A stretch of DNA of 64,000 bases from Marsupella aquatica (Eukaryota > Plantae > Marchantiophyta). Position numbers and translations under genes: made by a program. Of the stretch, positions 23,801 through 33,490 are shown in pieces. The DNA lies in NCBI GenBank assembly GCA_973895155.1, contig OZ316896.1, forward strand, positions 6,500,166 to 6,564,165, read 5' to 3'. Within the stretch, counting starts at the first letter, position 1; each line of letters begins with the position of its first letter. The notes below the pieces were generated by a model. It ran no database searches and had not been told where the DNA came from. It worked only from the letters and a program-made list of their open reading frames with translations.

Positions 23801-25109
23801 GTCCTTGGGCGGCAAGGAGTCGGAGGTCCTCGGGCAAGGGCTGGACTCCGAGTCCTTGGAAAGGATTCCCGGTCCTTGGGAAAGGACCCTGAGTCCTTGG
23901 CAAAGGACTTGGGAAAGGACCCAGAGTCCTTGGGAAAGGACCCCGAGTCCTTGGGAATGGACTCCCAGTCCTTGGGAAAGGACCCAGAGTCCTTGGGAAA
24001 GGACTGCAAGTCCTGGGGAAAGGACTGCAAGTCCTGGGGAAAGGACTACGAGTCATCTTCGGGGCAGGACTCAGAGTCCTCCGGCAAGGAGTCAGAGTCC
24101 TCGTGGAAGGAGTCAGAGTCCTAGGAAAAGACTCCGAGTCCTCGTGGAAGGACTCTGAGTCCTTGGGAAAGGACTTAGAATCCTTGGGCAAGGACTTCAA
24201 AGGACTTAAATGTCCTTGAGAAAGGACTAGAAAGGACCCCGGGTCCTTGGGCAAGGACCCCGCGTCCTCGTGGGAGGACTCCAAAGGAGTTTGAGTCCTT
24301 ATCAAAGGATTTTGAAGGACTCAAAGTCCTGGAACAACTCTGGGTCCTTGTGGAATGACTCCAAATCCTTGTGGAAAGGGCTTTAAGTACTGGCCGGGGG
24401 AATGATTGCAAGTACTCAAGGAAGGACTTGACGTCCATGGGGCTCTTGTAACTGGTTTCTTGTAACTGGAACTTCTGCGGACACTTTTGAATTCTTGCTT
24501 CTGAGAATGAGGTGCTTCAGTTTTGCAGATGGAGAAGCTTAGCTGTATGATACTCTTCATGAAGTCAGGATTGATAGGATATGGGGTCTATGTGCCGGAG
24601 GCTTTACGTATGAAGGCTGTGGGGGAGTTTTGAGTGATGGTCGTCCCTGCACTTCGGGGAAGTACAAACGCATTTTGAGAATGCAGAACCCCGAGTCACC
24701 ATTGGGTCCTCGATCTCGCAGCAGACTTCAACACACCTGTACAAGGGATGGGGAAGGAACATACATGTACTGTTTTGCTGTGCAGGTTGGCGACATTGTG
24801 CTTCAAGTGAATGAAGCTAATGGTCAGCAATTGATGGGGATCACGGGCCAGGAGTACAGGGATTCAAACATTGATAGGAGAGACCAGATTAGGGATCAGG
24901 TTTTGGCTGGGACTTGGATAATGAGGTATGTCAAGGGTGACAGGGAAGCTGATCTGTCTCGAGCTTTGTACTTTGAAGAAAGCAAAGTCAAGGATCCAGT
25001 AGACAAGTCACATGTGGCGCTAGGTGGCCTTAGCAGGCTAAAGAATGTTGTTGTTGACCTAGGGTCAGATATAGTGGATTCATTCAGATCTTTTAGCATC
25101 AGAAAGTAG
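20897..25109 (+). pseudogene. Spliced, partly disrupted gene: coiled-coil + RING-H2 finger + KDPESLG heptapeptide repeats + C-terminal RPA70C-like OB/zinc-ribbon domain
   Basis: RING 'CPICCHG...ASCGHMYHPHCL...CFACGKPF' (~22600-22740). Heptad coiled-coil at ~21850-22500. Candidate introns at ~22088-22253, ~22909-23005 and ~23525-23600. C-terminal 'YEGCGG...PCTSGKYK...HTC...YCFAVQVGD...VNEANGQQLMGITGQEY' resembles the RPA1 C-terminal OB fold. Whether this is one gene is an inference. Confidence 0.55.
23610..24430 (+). repeat. Tandem array of ~21-bp palindromic units (AAGGAC-N5-GTCCTT-GGGA)
   Basis: For example AAGGACCCAGAGTCCTTGGGA and AAGGACCCCGAGTCCTTGGGA. Roughly 30 degenerate units, interspersed with 12-bp variants. 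Reads KDPESLG on + and KDSGSFP on -. Confidence 0.92.
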
Positions 25110-25968
25110 GCAGCCTCTACAAGCAAGGGGTTTGAGGATGGTTGGTTCAATGAACTGTGTCTTCAATGATACTTTGTTTTGGATTGAGGCCTTCAAAGCC
25201 TAGTTTTGATTGTAACAGGATGAGCATTTTATGCACCTTATCTTCTGTCACTTTGTATACTCCATGATTCAGTCTCTCCTTTGTCTGTTGGTCAATATGT
25301 GAGCCCACGTCTTGCATAATGCAACAACAATCGTCAGCCCCAGTGGTGATTGGAAGTTTGTTCCTCTCATTCAAAGAGCTGTGTACATAAATTTTAATCA
25401 GTGATGTTCTATCATTTTGTATGGTAACGACTGAAACTTAGCTTGATGTCACGTAATATTGAAAAATCAGAAGGTAGTTAGCTCAATGTGGAGCTGAATC
25501 GCCAGTGATTACAAAGCCACATTTAGTTGCTCTCAACTTGTGCCAACTGAATATTGATCATCAGCAAGATCATTAGCCACAGTTACCCTTAGTACGGCGG
25601 AAATTTGAGTTGTGTGAATGCCGCAGGTTAATTTAGTCCTCTAATGCTCTAATAAAAGAAGCTATTCCGCATGCTGCTACCGCCTTGGCCCATCCTGGAC
25701 AAATCCACAAAAAATGAACATTCCAATGCACTGGACAAGCTTACTGGTTCCATTTGTCCGACAGGTTGCCACCAACACATGTTAACAACATACTATTGAT
25801 CCTCAAATGAAATAAAGGTGGAAAAGAACTGATAGCCTTACATTAAATTTAAGAATTTTTTTACAATCTCACTGTAGGAGCCTCAAAAATGCTAAATAGT
25901 AGCCTACCCTACTACAATGACCTTCTGTATGTCTTCATGTACAACATGATCCATTAGTTTTACAGAAG

Positions 25969-28523
25969 CTACACCTGCAGCGATTCATAAATTGCTTCTA
26001 AAGTGTCTGAATCTAGTGTGTAAAATCTAGCACCTTGTCCCTTGCCTCCCTTGGGCACCTCACATGGTGTCAAACCAAATCGAATGTGAATTACTTCCCC
26101 TGGATGGCAGTAGCTGAAAGGAGAAGCATAATTGAAGACGAACTTGTTTTTTGATCCTGGATATGGTTGGAACCACCTTCCCTTTAAGGCCATGTCCCCT
26201 GCCTTGAATTGTACCTTGTACCCATCAGTGAAACTCTTTGTGACTGTGTGGAGCACCTCTTCACACTGATAAATGTAGAAATCTACATTATCTTCATTTG
26301 GTTGACTTGCACAACATGCATAGAAATCTCCCAATTGGACACATTATGGTAGAGAGATGTTGTCAAGCCGTCCTTCGCCCTCTCCCATGTTCTCCACATC
26401 AACTCTGACATCTGCTTGCAATACCCCTTTGATCATCTCCAGGCGATACTTGCCTACCCATTCCTTGTTCTCACAATTCATTGGATCTTCATCAACACAA
26501 GCTACACAAAAACAACTGAGCTCCCAAACTTGCAACAATGTTGACAGACTCTTACTAAATCCATCAAAGCAGTGCAAAGATCTACAATCCTTGATTGGAT
26601 CACAATCCCACTTCTTCCTTCTATTTATAGTGCCAACAGGAATTTCCCAAAATATACGTCGAACAAGCAGCACATCACCATACTGTTGAGCATAGATGAC
26701 GATCGCAACGGCAAGCCCATGAACCATCCAACGCACAATAGTCGACACAAGAGATACGTGGTTCACCTCCTTGAGGCTACGTCCACGGGAACACACAAGA
26801 GAGCTTTACTGAACTCTAAGCCCGTCGGCTATACCGAGTCTCCACAGTGTAAGCTCTCCCTATCTCTCAAGTGGCTCCATAACAATGAGCCTTGATTCTA
26901 CCTCTCCAAGCATACATGCCTCTTATGATATAGTGTGCAACTTAGTTGTACCTAACCACATAGTTGTACCTAATCACGTAATTGTACCTAACCACATAGT
27001 TGTACCTAATTACGTAGTTGTACCTAACCACGTAGTTGTACCAACCCACGTTGTTGTACCAACCCACGTTGTTGTACCAACCACGTCATACCTAACCTAG
27101 ACGTAAGAGTAAATACCCAACACATACTCCTGAAATTGACCAAGGGCAAACTTGTCCTTGCAAAACTTCACCACATCTGATGCACCCTCTAGACGATGAC
27201 CATTCATGCCTTTTAGTTGCTCAGTTGCAAGCCCGGTCTTAATGTGGCCGCCAAGAGCATCCTATTAAAGCATACAAGAAACACAGATTAGAAAGTTTCT
27301 TACTTAGACTGCAAGTTTGGTCATCCAATTCCAGTAGATACGTCACTCATTAGAAACCAACTAAGGCATGCAGAGAATTGGGTGTAGATACTTACAGCAA
27401 CACCCTTCCCATGGCCAGAGGCATGGAAGAACCATTTCATCCGTGCACCAAACCGGGAGTAGTACCTACTAACGTAGTAAAATGGTCTACAGGCCTTGAA
27501 CTGAGATGCCGCCCCATCAGACCAAACCCAATGTTGATCAACATGAATTCCCTGATTAGCCATCCACTCCCAATGCGCATCCATGCAGTGTTGCACAAAA
27601 AGAGTGTCATGACAATTATCATCACTAATGTAGAAATGGTAATCTGCTATAATATCACGAGTTTTATCAGCATTCTGTGCTGCTTTCACAGGCCTACCCA
27701 CTGTAGCTTCAAGTGAATTGGCATCTTCCCTGTGTCTATAGGTAACATGGATTAACAATGTCACTTGCTTGTTGTCCCAATGTTGACTTTGAATCTCATT
27801 CTGAGGCAAAAAAGTGTAATTTTTGGAGAAATCTATTGAAGAAACAATTGTCCCTCTTGGAAATATTTTCAGACATTGTCTAAACTGTTGTGATTGCCAA
27901 TGGGCTCGAAAGTTATGCACAATAAATGTCTTCATGGTATCCATTACTGCTCTCTTAAAATCAACCATGGGAGTTTGCTTATAAACAATCCTCAATTGCC
28001 TAGACTTCTTTGTTGCACTCTCTTCAGCCCCTTTCTTTTTTTCTCTCTTCTGTTGGGCAGTGTCATCCAGGTCACGATATTCAAATGTCTGCCATTCGAT
28101 CATTTGATTATGTGCAGGGTCCAGCTCTTGAGTGCACCAATCCAACTTCTCTACTCCACATTCGTCACATTCACCCATAATACAGGCTTTTTGGTGCCAC
28201 TCTGTCTCAGGCAGTCTATGACAAAGAGCTTCCTCTATCCAGCCACGAACTGAGGTTATGAACTTTGAAGATGCCATACAAGAAGAGATGGGTACAACAC
28301 CCAAGGGTCTACAGGTATCACATTCACAAGGACAGTCCTTACTGTGCTGGTGCCGCCTGAATTTGTTAACTGCCTCTTTCAGTAAGTCCATCTCCACATG
28401 TTGTTTGCAGCAACAAACATTTCTGTCTTTCATCTTACGAACGTAATATGGCTTGAAGTATATAAATGACCGCATCCCTGTAGACACCCCATTCTGCTCC
28501 CTTGTGCACCAGTCACGAAATGC
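25969..28523 (-). pseudogene. Sola-like DDD DNA transposase, intron-containing, disrupted by a solo LTR
   Basis: Motifs 'CCCKQH', 'HQKACIMGECDECG', 'SIDFSKNY...EIQSQHW...QVTL', 'ISDDNCHD', 'WSDGAASQFK', 'SGHGKGVA|DALGGHIK' (intron 27262-27395), 'CFCVAC'. The superfamily call is from motif memory and needs HMM confirmation. Confidence 0.7.
26684..27122 (-). mobile_element. Solo LTR (439 bp) of the copia family at 51742-57549
   Basis: TGTTGAGC...TACCCAACA flanked by a perfect 5-bp TSD CATAC (26679-26683 and 27123-27127). Near-identical to the LTRs at 51742-52126 and 57165-57549. Confidence 0.97.
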
Positions 28524-29644
28524 TGAAAAAAATTGGAACTACACATATACAAGACATACATTATTTTTGTTAGAAAGACTGTTAGGAATGGATACCCCCA
28601 AATGTGCAGCCACAAAAACCCATGTATGTGGGTACTACTACTTACTGAAGGACTTCAGTTCTGCCTGCAACTACAGTCCTTCAGTAAGGGTCCGAGCTCT
28701 TATTGGAAGACTCTACCAGGAGAGGTGAAGGACTAAAGTTCTTAGGGAAGGAGTAGAATCAATCTGGAAGGACTCAAGTACTCAATGCACTCGACTTAAA
28801 AACTCTCAAAAACTCAATGCAGAGACTTGGGCAGCCAAGGGGGCTTTGGAGTGGTGTTTAAAGGTGCACTCAGCTGCCATGTGTTCTATGTAGTATGTAC
28901 ATGAACAATGAGTTCCTGAACGGCTGGGTCAGCTTGTTATATCTTAAGCTAGCTACCATGCAACTGAACGGATGAATTTTAGTGCCTGTAGTGGGACTTA
29001 GATTTATCAAGAAGATCTTGAGGCCCGGATTTTAGGCCTCTATATCGTCCTGCTGCAATTGTGATGTGAACATTGGTCCCGGTGGTGAGCCAAAATGTAA
29101 TTTTGAACTTCGCAAGACTTAGTTTTAATTTGTTTTTAGACCTCAGGTCGAGCCTGGACATTCGGCTGACAATTGCCATTGGGTATTATTACAGTACGTC
29201 TTTTGTAAGGTAGGACAGAGTCAGCATGAGAGATTTTTCTTGATTGAGCAGTTATTGAATCTCGTCGACAAATTTAGGAAATCAAAGGACTGGTCTACGA
29301 GCAGCTGTTACTGAAAGCTCAAGCTAGCCTGCACAATAATTTTTGTAAAATAAAGACTAGGAGCTTCCAAACAAATTGCTCTTGTTTGCTTGCTGTCAAA
29401 GTTTTTCTAATTAGCTGGCATCGATTTGTTCAGTCCATCAGCAAGTCACCCGCATGATAGATGGTATGATATGATTTAGTTCTCATATATTCATTGAAAG
29501 TAAATGAAGCACTGTAGCTGTACCTGCTGACGAACAGCTGATTCGATGCAACATAATTATTCAAACAGGACTATAGTGCAAGGCACTGCCAAGGGTAAAA
29601 GTAAAGCTCCTGATCAAAGATAAAATCTCTTAGGCAGTTAGTGT

Positions 29645-30183
29645 GTTCTGGAGATGCTTTGTACTCTATTGTATTTTAGTAGCCTTCCATTCTGGAGATG
29701 CTTTGTACTCTATTATATTTTAGTAGCCTTCCATCTGACGGATAGTACAAAGACTTTTCTGTATTGAATCTGCCTTCGTTTAAGTATTTTATGTACTTTT
29801 CTGTATTGAATCTGCCTTTGTTTAAGTATTTTATGTACAGTGATCTTCGTAAGGTCCTGATTCTCTTCGTAAGGTCCTGATTCTGAGAGAACCATTTTCT
29901 ATTGAGTTTTGTGAGGGTGAACATTGGATAAGACTTTCATTGGACGCATCTCATGAATAGACAACCCGTTTTCAGCAAGGAGTTTTGTAAGTCAGAGTGA
30001 ACAGTGATTGGAGGATACTTAATCTTAGAGAACCTGGCTAAATGGGAACGACCTCATTGCAAGAATATTACAGTATTTTGAGTCACGAAAAATCTGAAGA
30101 TCTGAGTGTTATTTTGAGTCACAAAAAATCTGAAGATCTGAGTGTTATTTTGAGTCGCGAAAAATCTGAAGATCTGAGTGTGA
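29645..30183. repeat. Cluster of short tandem duplications
   Basis: TTCTGGAGATGCTTTGTACTCTATT..TATTTTAGTAGCCTTCCAT x2; ACTTTTCTGTATTGAATCTGCCTT.GTTTAAGTATTTTATGT x2; TCTTCGTAAGGTCCTGATTC x2; TTTTGAGTCACGAAAAATCTGAAGATCTGAGTGT x3 (30076-30181). Confidence 0.85.
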
Positions 30184-31315
30184 AGTAGTATTGTTCTTGA
30201 GGGAGAGAAAATGTATATGCCTGATCGACAAGGTGTGGATGATCCCGATCCTAGAGCCGGTTATTATGCTTCCCTAGCTGGTTGATTCCTGAGTAGAACT
30301 ATATATTGGGATTGTCCGGGTTGGCCCTAGTCATTGCGGGAGTCATTGGGACTGAGAAATTTTTGCAGTCGGGAGCATTCTGATTCCCAAGGATGAACAC
30401 AATGTCTTTGCTCTACATGTCGACGCCAGGCTATGCTTTGCTGGAAACCGTAGGGATTGATGAGATCGGTTCTAGTTGAATTCCGTGGCTTCACTGCACT
30501 CAAAAAATAGGAAGACAACGAAGTTGTCTTCCTTGATGTTTGTGCTGGATTTAAGCCTGTTCGAAACACGAAATCCTCTGATGCAAAAAAAGCTGTCATT
30601 TGATCATTAGATGATCTATAGATGAAAAGTCTGCTCGACAAGTAGCTGTTAACGGACTTAAATTACAATCATGAGTTTTGCGATTCCAATAGTGTAGTCG
30701 CTAGCCATGCTTTATCAGTGTGAAAAGCAAGTTCTTATTGCGCTCCTTTATGTCATTGGCACAATAAAACTATCCCACTGTTTCTCTTGCCAAATGGTGA
30801 GCATTAAGAAGCAATTTGCATGTGAGAATTTTTGAAAAACTGACCATATTTAATGTAGGTGGCTCCGAGACGGGCTTGTTTTTGGGACTCTGCAAATAAG
30901 GAACCCCTTGGCTTGTATTTCGGTAGATTCTTGTGAAAATATGCCCAATTTTTATTTCAAGAACATCCAAAAATGACTCGGCCTTGGAGAAACTATTGGA
31001 TCATGACCGAACGCAAGAATGCTCTCTGAAGCTTAATCACAATTATTCAGCCTGTAAGTTGTAAACTAAGGTAAGAGTATGATCACTAGTTGAAAATGCA
31101 ATAAAAGGCGTCCACTGTCTACTGCGCGCTCTTGCTGCTTCCCCTGGAGAAATAACCAACCAGAGCTGGCCATCTAACTCCCGACCAGTTTTTAAACTAC
31201 AGTGCCAGAGAAAGGAAAAAAGCTAAAACGAATGGAAAGAAATGAGAATACATGAATGAACAATTTTTCAGATCAGCGTCTGATTCCCTAATCAAAGACA
31301 GACTCGAGAAATCAA

Positions 31316-32655
31316 CTATTGGTCAATGGCATTTGCCTGAGGAACGTCAGTGTTTGCGGCGAGGGACTCTTGGTCGATTCTTGCTCCTGCATTGTTTTCG
31401 ACAAAATTGCATGTAGGTGCTGGCTCGTGTGGGGGACAATCAGGTCGTCTATTGGAAATCGAAACATCATCTTCCTCCATGACAAGTCTTCTCTTGAACT
31501 TCTCTAGCTCTCGTGCTCTCTGCATCTTAAAAAATTCTCGGCATTCCTCGTCAACATCTGCTGCTCTTAAGCTAAACAAGTTCTGGAAGTTTTGTTCCTC
31601 CATAATTTTCAACCTCTTCGCGTTGCTGGCGGCCATGTCACGTTGTGCATACGCTGCAATTCTGAAGGCACACTCCTCGGCTTTTAGTTTCTTGGCAGCC
31701 TTATTGCCAAGTGGTCGGTGGTTGACACTATTGCTTCCATCTTCTGTGTACTCACCCTCCACATTGCTTGGCTGTTTGTTGCCTTCTTCAGGAGTCTGAG
31801 GGCTTGGCAGCAGCATTCTCCCTCTGTCCTGCCTTCTTCCCCTTCTGCTTCCCCTTCCCCTTGGATGCCATATCGTCGACTGTTTTTGAAAATCGAGGGC
31901 ACTCTTTGAGCAGGTACCAACACTCAATGAAAGCGAATTCTTTTCCCTTCGGATGCTTCTTTACGTAAAGTTCCTTGGCTTTCTGCAAGGTGTCCTCCTG
32001 GTTTGATCCTGACAAACAGAGGTCCACGACATTGGTAAATGCACCAGAGAATTTAGCGACATCGTGCTTTACTTCACCCCATTGCTCTCCAAGGATCTGG
32101 AGCCTCTCTCTTGTGTGCCTCGAGGTCGATGCTCATTGTATTGTGCTGCTACACGATCCCAAAAAGTCAAATTTCTCTGTCCAGCCCCGACAATTGGATC
32201 TTGAGATATGTGCATCCAAGAGCAGCAGAGCTGCTTCAACTCTGCAGACACAAAGTTTTGGCCTCAAGATTTGCTAATCTCAGCCATTCTGCAGAGCACT
32301 CAAAGGAAACACTCAGACTCGACGGCAGCGAAAGTCACAAACACACAGAACAGTTGTACACTGACCACACGAAGAATGAACAGAGGAAAGGAAGAATATA
32401 TGAATGAACAATGTGCGTCGATCTACTCCACAAGTGCAAATAGTGACTGTCGATTTTGAATACCGAGGCTGAACCGGCCGGGATGGCGCCCGCTTGTTGA
32501 GCCCAAAATTGGCGCGCTGGCGTCCAATTCTGGCGGGCCTAAAAAATACCGGTGTTGATGGCGGGGTCCGGTGGGGTAGGAAATCCGGGTAATTTAAGGA
32601 TGGCACTGAATTTGGGTGGCAGGCCCGTCACTTTACAGGACGGGTGGGAATGCTC
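31316..32655 (-). mobile_element. PIF/Harbinger remnant: frameshifted Myb/SANT-like + NAM-associated ORF and one terminal repeat
   Basis: 'LCCSWMHISQDPIVGAGQ...FWDRV...SGSNQED...FAFIECWYLLKECPRF...RPLGNKAAK'. The terminus ...TGGGAATGCTC|TTA (32645-32658) matches a GAGCA- type PIF/Tourist TIR with TTA target. The other end and the nuclease ORF were not identified. Confidence 0.78.
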
Positions 32656-33254
32656 TTAGCTGGTGGGCAAGGGACCGGTTTATGTATAGGGATTTGTCTA
32701 GCCTTTCCACCCATGCCTTCTTAGCTGATTGGGGCTTCTCAGTTCCTGAAACGCAATTTCTTAGACACAATCAGGATAGTCCCGAATAGGAATCAACTCT
32801 CCCTTCTAGTACAAATTAAAAAACCAAATTCCGTATTCCAGTTGAAAGACCTGGAACGTGCAATTAGTTGGGTTTCCGTGCCCTCTGAATTTTTTAATTG
32901 CTTTGGTCAAAAACATATGAACTCGATTTCTGTTTAGAATGAAGGGGGCGTGAATCGCTCCAGCTGTTCTAGAGATACTTAACAACCGAAAGGGGGTTTG
33001 GGTAGTGGTAATGCAAACTGCGACCCAGATTGAAGCATATTGCACCTGCTAAATCAACCAGGTTGATGATCCTAAAAGATGAGCTGGGACTTTTAAATTC
33101 TTTTAATACTAATTGGATAATATTAATGAAATAAACTAATTTTTGATAATATTAATGAAATAAACCCCAATTAGTTTTTAAAAGAAATATGGAGATATCC
33201 ATACAATTCAAAGGATATAATAGTTTCATTGATAAAGGTTTAATCGCAGAACCA

Positions 33255-33490
33255 AAAAACTTCATTTTTTTGGGTGCTTCAACATGGATCAGTTTAGTTT
33301 TTCTAGTGGGTATTCTCAATTCCTCTCTCTTAGACATTGATTTTTAACAAGTTCTTGATGTATCATTTTTATTTGACATAGGATTACAGAATCAAAAAGT
33401 TCAATTCCCGCTACCTGCCCTGATGAATATGGAGAAGGGTAAAATAAAAATATGGCAGGGACAAGATTCGAACCTGTGACTTCAAGGTAG
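33255..33490. pseudogene. psbZ: Nuclear plastid DNA (NUPT): psbZ 3' end (+), trnG-GCC 3' fragment (+), trnfM 3' half (-)
   Basis: 33262-33330 translates IFLGASTWISLVFLVGILNS (PsbZ C-terminus). GTTCAATTCCCGCTACCTGCC resembles the trnG 3' end. GGCAGGGACAAGATTCGAACCTGTGACTTCAAGG is the reverse complement of a trnfM-like T-arm. The order matches the conserved plastid psbZ-trnG-trnfM block. Confidence 0.8.

Noticed and set aside
23610-24430. CRISPR array, or genuine antisense genes, in the 21-bp array
   Set aside because: The units are directly tandem with no unique spacers. The overlapping ORFs on both strands follow from the palindromic, stop-poor unit.
30200-31100. Expected PIF/Harbinger nuclease ORF next to the Myb/NAM ORF
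   Set aside because: I could not recognise GSLDCMH, DxxVL or VERAFG motifs, or the second TIR.
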